From: Bacillota bacterium
GTDB taxonomy: Bacteria > Bacillota > Sulfobacillia > JAJZYS01 > JAILZS01
Direction: 5' to 3'
DNA length: 64,000 bases
Assembly: GCA_023512375.1 (NCBI GenBank)
Contig: JAILZS010000007.1
Span: 894-64,893, forward strand
The notes under the pieces are model-generated. The model saw only the letters and a list, made by a program, of their open reading frames with translations, was not told the DNA's origin and made no database searches. Below, one piece after another: positions 1 through 9,314 of the stretch. The translations under genes were made by a program, and so were the position numbers. How positions within the stretch are numbered: the stretch's first letter is position 1; each line of letters starts with the position of its first letter.

Positions 1-4
1 TGGG

Positions 5-32
5 AAAGGGACCGTCCCGAAGGACGGTCCCT
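5..32 (-). terminator. Intrinsic terminator of the S-layer gene
   Basis: Minus strand AGGGACCGTCC-TTCG-GGACGGTCCCT is a perfect 11-bp stem with a cUUCGg loop and a short T run, 25 nt after the stop at 58. Confidence 0.8.
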
Positions 33-57
33 GACCCTTGAGCCGGTAGGGTTAGGC

Positions 58-3000
58 CTAGTACGTGTAGGTGTCGGTAGCAGTGATCGTCGGACTCGTG
101 GCCGTGTTCTGGGCCGTGATAGTCTCCGTCGTCCCGCTCGAGGCCAATGTCGTGCCGGTCTTGTACGTGATGGTAACCGTACCGGACGCAGAAGCCGTGA
201 ACGACGCAGGGCTGGACGTTAGTGCCGTGCTCCCGACCGATGCGCTACCAGGGTTTGTCGCAGCCGCAGTGAACGACAGGTACACCGTCGCCCCACCGAC
301 CGCGTTACCGTACTGGTCTTCCGCGGTCAGCGTCACGGTAACACTCGCGCTCGCGGCCAGGGTCCCGTTGGGCGCGATCGGCTTGGGCGAGAACACGTAC
401 TGGCTTACGGCGGCCGGCACGACGGTGATGCTGGGCGTGGTTCCGGTGATCGTACTTGTCACCGTATCCGTTGCTGTGACGGTTTGAGTGCCAGCCGTCT
501 TGAGCGTCACCGAGAAGGTGTGCACGCCGGCGTCGGTGGAGGTGAAGGTGTAGTTCGCCGGGAGCACAGCCTGCGCGTCGGTCGACGTGAAGTGGACCGT
601 GCCAGTGTAAGCGGGCGTTACGTTCCCGTACTGGTCCTGGGCAGTCACCGTGACGTTGAATGCCGTACCCGCGACGTCCGAGGCTGCGGCGGTGTCAGTC
701 AGCACCAGCTTGTTGGTGGCCGCCGGCACGACTGTCAGGGTGCCGGTGGTCGCGCTCAGTGTCCCCGCCGTAGCCGTAATCGTGCCGCTGTCGCCCGCCT
801 TGGTGTCCGTGTAGGTGACCGTCGCCACGCCGCTCGTGGTGGTGGTCGCGCTCGCCGCACTCAGGTCACCCGCCACCAAGGTGCCGCCTGTCGTGGGCGC
901 AAAGCCCACCGTGACGTTGGAGACCGGGTTCCCGTACGCGTCCGTCACCGTCGCGGTGATCGTCTGCGCACTACCCGCCGTCACGTTGGTCGGACTCGAC
1001 GGGGTGACCGCCAGGTTCTTCGCGGCCGCCGCGACGACCGTTACGGTCGCGGTGCTCACGCCGATGTTCGTTCCAGCGATGGTAGCCGTAATGACCCCAC
1101 TATCCCCGGCGTGCGTGTCCGTCACGTACGCGTTCACGACACCGGAGGAGTTGGTCGTTGCGCTCGTGGTGGCAGCACCCCCGGCCGTGGGACCAATGGT
1201 CGAGATGTAGAAGCTCCCGACGTTGGACCCGTTACCGATGGCGCTGAGGTTAAGAGTCACGCCGCTAACGGGGTTTCCCTGCGAGTCCTTCACCGTAAAG
1301 GTGATGGGAGTCGAGGACCCCGCAACGTAGTTAGTACCCGACGTGGCGCTCGTAGTGACCTGCGAAGCCGCTCCTGCGGTGATCGTGATCGTACCAGTGT
1401 TCACGGTGAGAGTGGTTGTGCCCTGGGTCACGCTCGCTGTGATGTACGCGGCGTCGCCAGGGTGCGTGTCCGTCACCGTGACCGAGATGGCACCGGCGCT
1501 ATTCGTAGTGCCGGAACTGGCGGAGAGGGTGAACTGTCCCGTCGTTCCTGCCGTCTGGTGGATGGTCAGGGTTACGGGCAAGTTGGCGATCGGGTAGTTG
1601 TTAGCGTCGGTAACCGTGAAGGTCACAGGCGCCCCCGATCCTGCCACGTAGCTCACGTTGCTAGGGTCGTTCGTGGTCAGGTGGGCGATGGGTCCCGCCT
1701 GTACGGCCCCGGCCGCGGCGTCGATCAGATACGTGCCCGCGGTGGCGTTCACGTAGTAGACGACGACTTGCGAAGCCCCAGCCGGCACAGTCACCTGGTT
1801 GCTGGGGAGGTTTGCGCCGTTTGCGGTCGATCGGAACTGGCCACCGCCCGCGGCGCCGTTGACACCGTTGTTGTCGACGTAGTCGCTCAGCGTCACGGTC
1901 ACGGCTGCGTTCAGAACGATGGGGTTGCCCTCAGCGTCCGTCAACCGCACTACGATCTCCGTGGGCGTGTTCGCCGCAACAGTGAGTCCGGTCGTCTTTA
2001 GGTTGCTTCCGGATGTGTTGAACGCCGCAGCACCGCCGAGCGTCGTCGAGCCCACAACCGTAATGACGGCCTGGCCGCTGACAGGGCTGACGACGGATTC
2101 GTCGGTTGCCTTCACCGTGACTGCACCTGCCGTGCCTGCCGTGGCGGTAAAGTTCACCTCGCCGTTCGACGTCTGCACAAGGTAGGTGTTGTTCGTACCA
2201 GCCACGAGGGTCGCCGGTTGCGTGAAGTTGATGGCCGTGTTGCCGCTGTTGTTGAGCGTGAAGCCGCTCGCGGGCGTTACCGCCACCTCGACGTAGTCGC
2301 CGTTCGCCACCGTGAGACCATTGGACCCGACGGTGGTGATGGTGCCCGATACGGTGTCACCCGCCGTGGCTTGGCCGGTGCTACCGGTCGCATTGTCCTT
2401 CAAGGACACGCTGACTGAGGTCGCGATCGTGTTCACGATGGTGAAGGTCTGGGACACCGTGGCAAAGCCGGAACTCGATGCCGTTACGGTCCACATGGTG
2501 CCAGGGCTGGAGGTGAACGCGAGGTTCGCAGCCGCAACCCCGTTCGAGTTGGTCGTCACGGTGTAGTTTCCGCTCGCGCCGTTGATCGTTGCGGTGCCGT
2601 TACCGTATGCCGCAAACGTTACAGCGACGCCGCCCTCAGATACGGGGTTACCGTTGGCGTCCACGAGTTGCGCCTTGATCGGCACCGTCTCCTGCGCGCC
2701 ATACGGCAGGTCGATGGTGGCCCCAGCCGTAGGTCCAGCCGGGCTTAGGGAGAGTGCGGCAGCCGTCCCAGCACCCACATTAAGCGTCACCTGCGCCCCC
2801 GCAAGAGTGACAGGCGAAGCTGCGTTGGGCAACTGGTACGTGCCGGTTACGGCGACCACGTACGCCCCTGCGGCTCCCTCGTTGAAGTTGTACGTGAACG
2901 AGGACTGGCCGGCCGGAATCGTACCGGTGAAGGTCGTGACCTGAATGCCACCGCTGGTGATCGTGCCGTTGATCGTTACGGCAGCATTGCTAGGGGCGGC

Positions 3001-4737
3001 AGTCGGGTTACCGTTGGCGTCGGCGAGGCCGATCGTGATCGCGTCGTTGGCCCCTGACGCGGGCGTCGTGGTAGCAGCGCTGGCCGTAAGCGAAGTCGGC
3101 GCGCCGACGATGACCGTCTTGATCGCGGCGGTTCCAGTCTTGAGGTTCTGACCGGTAACCGTAACCGTCACGGTACCGGTCTGTCCCTGCTCGGACTGGA
3201 TGGTTTCCACGGCACCGGGCGGTGTCGAAGTCCCGTTGGCGATGAACGCTTGCGTTTCCGGTCCTTGCGTGCCGTCGAGGAACGTGGCCGGTCCGCTGAC
3301 GGCGAAGGTCAGAGATTGGGCACCCGTCAGCATCGGGTTACCGGCCTGGTCGAGCACGATGGCCGTGATCTCATCCTGGTTCCCACCGGCGTTCGCGGAC
3401 AGGGTGGTGGAAGCCGGTGTCACCTGAATCGAGGTTGCCACCTGGGCGGTTGTCGTGATGGTAGCGGTACCGGCAGACAGAGCGTTGCCGTTGTTGCTCG
3501 CGCTTGCAGTGAGCGTATCCGCAGCCCCCACGTTCCCGTTGATAGACTTCACCGTGAACGTGGCCACGCCGTTGACCGCACTTGCCGTCACGCTGGTCGA
3601 GGTGCTCGTCCCACTCACGATGGAGGTTGCCGACCCCGTGTCGGTCAAGGTGACGGCGCCGTTGTAGTTGCTAACGGGAATCCCGTTGCTGTCCACAACG
3701 GTGACTGTGACCGTGTCGGTGGCCGCGCCGTCAGCCACGAGGCTGGTGCTGGCCGGCTTCACCTGCAGGGCCGCCGGTGCGCCGTACACGCCCACGGTCG
3801 TGGTACCCGTCACCGGCGCCGTGAGCACGCCGCCGCTGATCGCGGCCTGTACCGTGTAGTTACCGGACGCGCTGGCCACGAACTGCCCGCTCGAGCTCAC
3901 GCTCGCCGACGAGGCGTTCGACCCCGTCACGCTGAAGCTGATCGTGTACGCCGCGAGGTTGGCCTGCGGGATGGGCTGGCCGGCCTTGTTGAGCACCGTG
4001 ACCGTCAGGCTGTCCACCTGACCGACGCCCACGCTCGTGGCCGACTGGCTGATCTTCAGCGACGCGGGCGCCGACGCCTTGAGCTGCCCCAGGGCACGCC
4101 ACAGGCCGACCGCCAGCTGGACGCGCGTCACCTTGCCGTTCGGGAAGTACAGCGTCCCGTTCAGCGGCGGCACGATGCCCAGCTTCATGCCCGCGTTCGC
4201 GTACCCGAGGTCACCCGACGGCACCTTCGACAGGTCCGTCAGCTTCGGGTACAGGGTGGTGTTGGTCGCCAGCGACTGGGCCAGGCTCTGGTCGCCCAGG
4301 GCGTTGATCTCCAGGATCGCCAGCTGGATGCGCGTCACCGGCGCGCTCGGGTTGAAGTTCCCCGACGTGCCGGCGAACCCGCTCAGATAGCCGTCGTTGA
4401 GCGCCGTCTCGATGTACGGGTAGTACTGCGAGCTCGTGCTCACGTCGGAGTAGCTGGGCGTGCGCGGGTACTGCAGCTGCACCCCCATGAGGTTGACCAC
4501 GAACTTCACGGCCTGAGCCCGGGTGACGACGCCGTCGGGCGAAAACTTGCCCGGCGCGGTGCCGTTCATGATCCCGGCCTGGTACAGCCCGTTGATGGCG
4601 TTCTGTGCCAGGGTCGTCAGGTCGTAGATGTCGTAGTACGTAGGGGCGGCCGCGAGCGCCGCGCTCCCGATCCCGAAGGTGGTCGCGAGCATGGAGATGC
4701 CCGCGATCGCACCGAGGATCTTCTTGGGTGCTCGCAT
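58..4737 (-). CDS. S-layer protein: signal peptide, 3 SLH domains, about 10-12 Ig-like (Big/invasin-type) repeats
   Basis: SLH motifs (GIMNG..FSPDGVVTRAQ, FNPSAPVTRIQ, FPNGKVTRVQ); recurring D-x-x-G-N-P-V beta-sandwich units; T/A/V/G/S-rich; start taken at MRAPKK, with AGGAGG upstream. Confidence 0.9.
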   Translation of the reverse strand: MRAPKKILGAIAGISMLATTFGIGSAALAAAPTYYDIYDLTTLAQNAINGLYQAGIMNGTAPGKFSPDGVVTRAQAVKFVVNLMGVQLQYPRTPSYSDVSTSSQYYPYIETALNDGYLSGFAGTSGNFNPSAPVTRIQLAILEINALGDQSLAQSLATNTTLYPKLTDLSKVPSGDLGYANAGMKLGIVPPLNGTLYFPNGKVTRVQLAVGLWRALGQLKASAPASLKISQSATSVGVGQVDSLTVTVLNKAGQPIPQANLAAYTISFSVTGSNASSASVSSSGQFVASASGNYTVQAAISGGVLTAPVTGTTTVGVYGAPAALQVKPASTSLVADGAATDTVTVTVVDSNGIPVSNYNGAVTLTDTGSATSIVSGTSTSTSVTASAVNGVATFTVKSINGNVGAADTLTASASNNGNALSAGTATITTTAQVATSIQVTPASTTLSANAGGNQDEITAIVLDQAGNPMLTGAQSLTFAVSGPATFLDGTQGPETQAFIANGTSTPPGAVETIQSEQGQTGTVTVTVTGQNLKTGTAAIKTVIVGAPTSLTASAATTTPASGANDAITIGLADANGNPTAAPSNAAVTINGTITSGGIQVTTFTGTIPAGQSSFTYNFNEGAAGAYVVAVTGTYQLPNAASPVTLAGAQVTLNVGAGTAAALSLSPAGPTAGATIDLPYGAQETVPIKAQLVDANGNPVSEGGVAVTFAAYGNGTATINGASGNYTVTTNSNGVAAANLAFTSSPGTMWTVTASSSGFATVSQTFTIVNTIATSVSVSLKDNATGSTGQATAGDTVSGTITTVGSNGLTVANGDYVEVAVTPASGFTLNNSGNTAINFTQPATLVAGTNNTYLVQTSNGEVNFTATAGTAGAVTVKATDESVVSPVSGQAVITVVGSTTLGGAAAFNTSGSNLKTTGLTVAANTPTEIVVRLTDAEGNPIVLNAAVTVTLSDYVDNNGVNGAAGGGQFRSTANGANLPSNQVTVPAGASQVVVYYVNATAGTYLIDAAAGAVQAGPIAHLTTNDPSNVSYVAGSGAPVTFTVTDANNYPIANLPVTLTIHQTAGTTGQFTLSASSGTTNSAGAISVTVTDTHPGDAAYITASVTQGTTTLTVNTGTITITAGAASQVTTSATSGTNYVAGSSTPITFTVKDSQGNPVSGVTLNLSAIGNGSNVGSFYISTIGPTAGGAATTSATTNSSGVVNAYVTDTHAGDSGVITATIAGTNIGVSTATVTVVAAAAKNLAVTPSSPTNVTAGSAQTITATVTDAYGNPVSNVTVGFAPTTGGTLVAGDLSAASATTTTSGVATVTYTDTKAGDSGTITATAGTLSATTGTLTVVPAATNKLVLTDTAAASDVAGTAFNVTVTAQDQYGNVTPAYTGTVHFTSTDAQAVLPANYTFTSTDAGVHTFSVTLKTAGTQTVTATDTVTSTITGTTPSITVVPAAVSQYVFSPKPIAPNGTLAASASVTVTLTAEDQYGNAVGGATVYLSFTAAATNPGSASVGSTALTSSPASFTASASGTVTITYKTGTTLASSGTTETITAQNTATSPTITATDTYTY

Positions 4738-4998
4738 GTCCTTGCGTTCGAGCCTCCTTGTATCTGGGAGAAATCCCACGGTAACCCACTCTAACTGTTC
4801 GTGATCCGCCCCGCCTTTGTGTCCGCAGCCCGCCGGTTCGACGACCGGCGGGCGGGTGCGTCGGGTGCGGTCGCCTGTGGGACGCAGATGGCGTACCCCG
4901 CGCCGGGCTGCCGACGGCGGCCTCGGCCGGGCAGCCCGCTGGCGGCATCACCACCCTCAGGCCCCGGACCTGGAAAGCACATGGGTACCCACGGCCGC

Positions 4999-5025
4999 AT
5001 TCGACGCTGCCGGGCCAGTTCCTTC
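4999..5025 (-). promoter_or_regulatory. Sigma-H-like promoter upstream of the S-layer gene
   Basis: Minus strand GAAGGAACT-N11-GTCGAAT is close to the B. subtilis sigma-H consensus RNAGGAWWW-N11/12-RNNGAAT. Confidence 0.5.
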
Positions 5026-5180
5026 CACGGCCGGTCCGCGTTTCCACTCCCGCTCAATCCGTGTCGATCTGCGCTTGCGCCCAGGCCACGCACCGCCGGC
5101 CCGTTCCCGCGCCCGCCACGAGCCGGGCGCCGGCCCCCTGATACGGGGAGTCGGCGCCCTGTCGATCTCGCTTTTCGCCC

Positions 5181-6068
5181 TCAGGCTGGGGGAAGGCGGC
5201 GGCCGGTGGCGGGGTCGTAGTCGTACACCCCGTGCCCCACCTTGCGCCCCAGCCGCCCCGCCCGCACGAGCTCCCGGATGAGGCGGGGCGTGGCGTACTG
5301 GGGCTGGCGGAACTCGGAGAAAAAGTAGTCCATCACGTACTGGTTCACGTCCACGCCCGTGAAGTCGAGGAGGGTGAGCGGCCCCATGGGGTGGTTGAGG
5401 CCCAGCGTGATGGCCGTGTCGACGTCCTCCGCCGTGGCCAGGCCCTCCTCCACCACCTTGCAGGCCTCGATGATGAGCGGGATGAGGATGCGGTTGACGA
5501 TGAACCCAGGGCTGTCCTTGCGCACCTCGATGGGCGTGCGCCCGAGCCGACGCGCGAGGTCCATGGCCGCGGCCACCGTGTCCGGGTGGGTGGCGTAGCC
5601 GTGGATCACCTCCACCAGGCGCATGACCGGTGCGGGGTTGAAAAAGTGCATGCCCACCACCCGCTCCGGGCGGCGCGTGGCGGCGCCGATCTCCGTGATC
5701 GACATGGAGGAGGTGTTGGTGGCGAGCACGACGTCCTCCCCCACCAGGGCGTCGAGGGCCCGGAAGGTGGCCTTCTTCACCTCCAGGTCCTCGACCACCG
5801 CCTCCACCACGAAGTCCGCCTGCGCCGCGGCGTCCACCCCCGCCGCCGGCCGCACCCGAGCCAGGGCCTGCTCGCGCTCCTCCGCGGTCAGTTGGCCGCG
5901 CTCCACCGCCCGCGCCAGCCGCCGCTCGATGTTCGCGCAGCCGCGTTCGGCCAGACCCAGGTCCACGTCCACCAGCGTCACCCCAAACCCCGAGGCGGCC
6001 GCCAGCTGGGCGATCCCGCTTCCCATCGTCCCCGCCCCGATCACCGCCACGCTGCGCACCTCGCGCAC
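5181..6068 (-). CDS. hbd: 3-hydroxybutyryl-CoA dehydrogenase
   Basis: VIGAGTMGSGIA Rossmann motif, EAVVED, TNTSS, GMHFFNPAPVM, PGFIVNRIL, HPMGP; GTG start after GGAGG. Confidence 0.9.
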   Translation of the reverse strand: MREVRSVAVIGAGTMGSGIAQLAAASGFGVTLVDVDLGLAERGCANIERRLARAVERGQLTAEEREQALARVRPAAGVDAAAQADFVVEAVVEDLEVKKATFRALDALVGEDVVLATNTSSMSITEIGAATRRPERVVGMHFFNPAPVMRLVEVIHGYATHPDTVAAAMDLARRLGRTPIEVRKDSPGFIVNRILIPLIIEACKVVEEGLATAEDVDTAITLGLNHPMGPLTLLDFTGVDVNQYVMDYFFSEFRQPQYATPRLIRELVRAGRLGRKVGHGVYDYDPATGRRLPPA

Positions 6069-6109
6069 CCCGACCACCTCCGCCGCCTTGGTCGCCGCCG
6101 GCCCCCGCG

Positions 6110-7039
6110 TCAGGGAGCCGGCCGGGGGAGTTCGTCTGCAGGTGGCCATTCCCCTCGGGCCACCCGCTCGAGCACCGCCGCCACCCCCGCCCCCTCCACG
6201 TGGTCGGCCACCCAGCGCGCCCGCTCCCGCACCCCCGGGGGGGCGTTGGCCATGGCCACCGGGTGGCCGACGCGATCGAACATCTCCACATCGTTCCAGC
6301 CGTCGCCCACCGCCATCGTGTGGGCCGGGTCGACGCCGCGCCGGTGCAGCAGCCACGCCAGCCCCTCGCCCTTCGACACGCCCCGGGCGACGATCTCGTA
6401 CCCGGCACCGGGGGCGGTGAACCGCAGGTCGAGGCCGTCCGCGGCCTCCAGGCGGGCGCGCAACGCCGCCGTCCGGTCGCGCGGGCCCACAGGCGTCACC
6501 TTGTACACCGGGTCGGCGAACGGGTCGAGGGCGGCAAGCGGCCGCAGGGCGGAGAGCTCCCACAGCATGTGGCGCGCGCCCGCCACCGACCGCAGCGTCC
6601 CCCGCCGGCGCGCCTCGCGCAGGACGTGCCAGGGGGCGCGGCGCCGGCTGCCGTACACATGGCGGCGGGTCATCACCGCCACCGGCACGCCCTCCTCCTC
6701 CGCCCAGGCCAGGATCTGGGCCGCCGTCGCTCCCGCCATGGGTCGGCTGCGCAGGATGCGGTCCTCCCCCTCCACCACCAGGCCGCCGTCCACCGCCACC
6801 AGGTCGCGGTCCGCCCCCACCTCCCGGGCGTAGGCGAAGGCCGTGCCCAGGCGGCGGCCGGTGGCCAGGACCACCCGCACCCCCTGCGCCCGGCAGGCCG
6901 CGACCGCCGCCACGGTGCGGTGGTGGATGGTGAGGTTGGGACGCAGGATGGTGCCGTCCACGTCCAGGGCGATGCAGCGGATGGGCAAAGCCGGGGCCGG
7001 ACGCGGCGCGGCCCGCCGCCCCTCCGTGCGCGCGCTCAC
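6110..7039 (-). CDS. Cof-type HAD-IIB hydrolase
   Basis: ALDVDGT, ATGR, SKGEG, VGDGWNDVEM, AMANA motifs; GTGA overlap with the upstream stop. Confidence 0.88.
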   Translation of the reverse strand: MSARTEGRRAAPRPAPALPIRCIALDVDGTILRPNLTIHHRTVAAVAACRAQGVRVVLATGRRLGTAFAYAREVGADRDLVAVDGGLVVEGEDRILRSRPMAGATAAQILAWAEEEGVPVAVMTRRHVYGSRRRAPWHVLREARRRGTLRSVAGARHMLWELSALRPLAALDPFADPVYKVTPVGPRDRTAALRARLEAADGLDLRFTAPGAGYEIVARGVSKGEGLAWLLHRRGVDPAHTMAVGDGWNDVEMFDRVGHPVAMANAPPGVRERARWVADHVEGAGVAAVLERVARGEWPPADELPRPAP

Positions 7040-7812
7040 TCCCCCACCGCCGCCCGCGCCCGCCGCAAGAGGTCGGCCAGCGCCTCGGCAACCGCGTCGG
7101 GCCGCTCCCGCACCACGTAGTGGCCGGCGCCCGCCACCACCGTGAGGGAGATCGCCTCCCGCCGCCCCCACCCCGCCACGAGCGCCTCCGACAGGCGAGG
7201 GGGTGTCATGCGGTCGGCATCCCCCACCACCACCGCCGCCGGGAGCGTGAGCTCGCCCAGGCGGGCGGTGACGTCGAAGGCGTCGCACGCCGCCATGTCG
7301 GCATGGAGGGCGCCCGAGGCCGCGGCCGCCCCGAGCGCCTCCCGTTCGCCCGCCACCATGTCCGGCGGCGCCGACGGCCCGAACATCCACCCCGCCAGGG
7401 CGGGCGGCAGGCGCCTGTCCGCCAGGGCGGCCAAGACATCGGGATGGACGCGCAGGCGCGCCCCCGTGGCCAAGAGCCCCAGCCCCCCGAGCTCCAGGCC
7501 GCCGTCCAAGGCGAGGGAGAGGGCGATCGCCCCGCCCATGGAGTGGCCCACCACGATGGGCCGCACCCACCCCTCGCGCCGCGCCAGCGCGGCCACGTCG
7601 GCGGCGTACGCCGCCACCTCCCGGCGGGCCGCCCCCCCCGCCCCGCCGTGCCCCGGCAGGTCGACGGCCACAGCATGGGAAAGGTGGGGGAGAAGGGCGT
7701 CGAACCGGCCCCCGTCGGCGCCGGCGCCGTGCAGGAGGACGAAGGGGAAGGGCGTCGAGGCCGCGAAGCCGCGGCTCGTGCGCGCCACCCGCGCCGTCGT
7801 CCCCCCGGCCAT
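7036..7812 (-). CDS. Alpha/beta fold hydrolase
   Basis: LLHGAG, DLPGHG, GHSMGG nucleophile elbow, C-terminal GAGH; RBS GGAGG. Confidence 0.88.
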   Translation of the reverse strand: MAGGTTARVARTSRGFAASTPFPFVLLHGAGADGGRFDALLPHLSHAVAVDLPGHGGAGGAARREVAAYAADVAALARREGWVRPIVVGHSMGGAIALSLALDGGLELGGLGLLATGARLRVHPDVLAALADRRLPPALAGWMFGPSAPPDMVAGEREALGAAAASGALHADMAACDAFDVTARLGELTLPAAVVVGDADRMTPPRLSEALVAGWGRREAISLTVVAGAGHYVVRERPDAVAEALADLLRRARAAVGE

Positions 7813-7870
7813 GGCCACCTCCGCCGAAGCCGTCTCGTAAGGGAGCATACCGCAAATCGACACGCCGCCG

Positions 7871-8986
7871 GTGCTCCTCGCCCCCTCCGCCCTCAAGGGG
7901 AGCTTCACCGCCCGCGCCGCCGCGCGCGCCATGGCGACCGGCCTGTCCGGGCGCGCCCATACCCGCTCCCTGCCCGTGGCCGACGGGGGCGACGGCACCG
8001 CCGCCGTCCTCGCCCGCGCCCTGGGCGGGCGGCCGGTTACCGTGCGGGCCGCCGACGCCCTCGGCATCCCCCGCCGGGCCCTCGCCTTCCGCCTGACGCC
8101 GGCGGGCGGCGCCGTCGACCTGGCGGGCGTCTGCGGCATCCGGCGCCTGTGGCGCACGGGCCGCCCCCCCGACCCCCTAGGCGCAGGCACCCGCGGCCTG
8201 GGCGAGGCGCTCCTCGCCCTGGCTCGCGCCGTCCCCGCAGGCCCCCTGTACGTGGGGCTGGGGGGGAGCGCCTCCACCGACGGCGGCGCCGGCCTCCTCG
8301 CCGCCCTCGGGGGCCGCCTCCTCGACCGCCGGGGGCAACCTCTGCCGCCCGGCGGCGCGGCCCTGAAGGGGCTCGCCCGCATCGACCTGCGCGGGGTCGA
8401 CCCCGCCCTCGTCGCCCGCCTCGTGCCCCTGGCCGACGTCTCCTCGCCCCTCCTAGGGCCGCTCGGCGCCGCCGCCTCCTTCGCCCCCCAGAAGGGGGCC
8501 GACGCCGACGCCGTCCGCTGCCTGGAAGAGGGCTTAGAGCGCCTGCGGGAGGCAGCGGAGCGCGACCTGGGCGTACCCCCCGCCCTCGCCCAAGCCTTTG
8601 GCGCCGGCGCCGCCGGCGGCACCGGCTACGCCTTCCTCCTGCTGGGCGCACCGCCCCGCCCCGGGGCAGCGACCGTCCTCGACCTCGTCCACTTCGACGC
8701 CGCCCTCACAGGCGTCGCGGCCGTGCTCGCAGCCGAAGGGCGCCTGGACGCCACCTCGCTCTCCGGCAAGGCGCCCGTCGCCGCCGCCCGCCGGGCCCGC
8801 GCCGCCGGCGTCCCGGCCGCGGTCGTGTGCGCCCGCGCGCAGCCAGAGGCGGCGCGCCGCCTCGAGGGCGAGGGCATCGTCGTGGCCGTGGCCGCGCCGC
8901 CCGGCGGGCGCGCCGGCGCCGCCGACCTGGGGCGCGCCGCCGCCCGCGCCCTCGCCCGCCTTCTCCCGGCCTTCGGGTACTCCTGA
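7871..8986 (+). CDS. glxK: Glycerate kinase
   Basis: APSALKGS, PVADGGDGT, GLGGSASTDGGAG, FAPQKGA, GAGAAGG, EGRLD...SGKAP. Confidence 0.88.
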   Translation: MLLAPSALKGSFTARAAARAMATGLSGRAHTRSLPVADGGDGTAAVLARALGGRPVTVRAADALGIPRRALAFRLTPAGGAVDLAGVCGIRRLWRTGRPPDPLGAGTRGLGEALLALARAVPAGPLYVGLGGSASTDGGAGLLAALGGRLLDRRGQPLPPGGAALKGLARIDLRGVDPALVARLVPLADVSSPLLGPLGAAASFAPQKGADADAVRCLEEGLERLREAAERDLGVPPALAQAFGAGAAGGTGYAFLLLGAPPRPGAATVLDLVHFDAALTGVAAVLAAEGRLDATSLSGKAPVAAARRARAAGVPAAVVCARAQPEAARRLEGEGIVVAVAAPPGGRAGAADLGRAAARALARLLPAFGYS

Positions 8987-9014
8987 CCCGCATTGCGTCC
9001 CCCGCGCCCGTGGG

Positions 9015-9076
9015 TTCGACGCCCATCGACACCCTCCGACGGCGCGATTCGCCCACACTGGGCCATGGGATCGACA
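9015..9076. promoter_or_regulatory. Tandem Spo0A-box-like heptamers upstream of the spo0E-like gene
   Basis: TTCGACG (9015), ATCGACA (9025), TCCGACG (9035) at an exact 10-bp period, plus ATCGACA (9070); the 0A box reverse complement is TTCGNCA. Confidence 0.45.
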
Positions 9077-9116
9077 TCGCTTCCCATTCGCACAAGGGGG
9101 TGCCCGACCGCTGGAC

Positions 9117-9305
9117 ATGGACTGTCAACGCCTGCGCCGCGCCCTCGACCACACCTACGCGCACTACGGCACCCTCACCCACCCCATGGTCCTCGCCCTT
9201 TCCCGCCAGCTGGACGAGTTCGTGCTGCGCGCCATGCAGCAGGAGCGCGCCCGCCGCGAGGCGGGGCGAGCCGCCTCCTGGGAGGCACACGGCGGACCGG
9301 AGTGA
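9117..9305 (+). CDS. Spo0E-family aspartyl-phosphate phosphatase
   Basis: 62-aa helical protein, LRRAL...YGTLTHPMVLALSRQLDEFV (SQELD-like motif); AAGGGGG upstream. Confidence 0.75.
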   Translation: MDCQRLRRALDHTYAHYGTLTHPMVLALSRQLDEFVLRAMQQERARREAGRAASWEAHGGPE

Positions 9306-9314
9306 GGACGCCCC

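Noticed and set aside
484..4794. Long plus-strand ORFs opposite the S-layer gene, and many similar 200-1200 aa ORFs elsewhere (e.g. 52255-55869, 28365-30722)
   Set aside because: Antisense or off-frame shadows caused by high GC; Arg/Gly/Pro-rich with no motifs
5181..7091. Apparent N-terminal fusions in the ORF track (hbd, Cof, nucleoside hydrolase, GerC, SDR and others)
   Set aside because: The extensions overlap real upstream genes in other frames; true starts have an RBS or GTGA coupling
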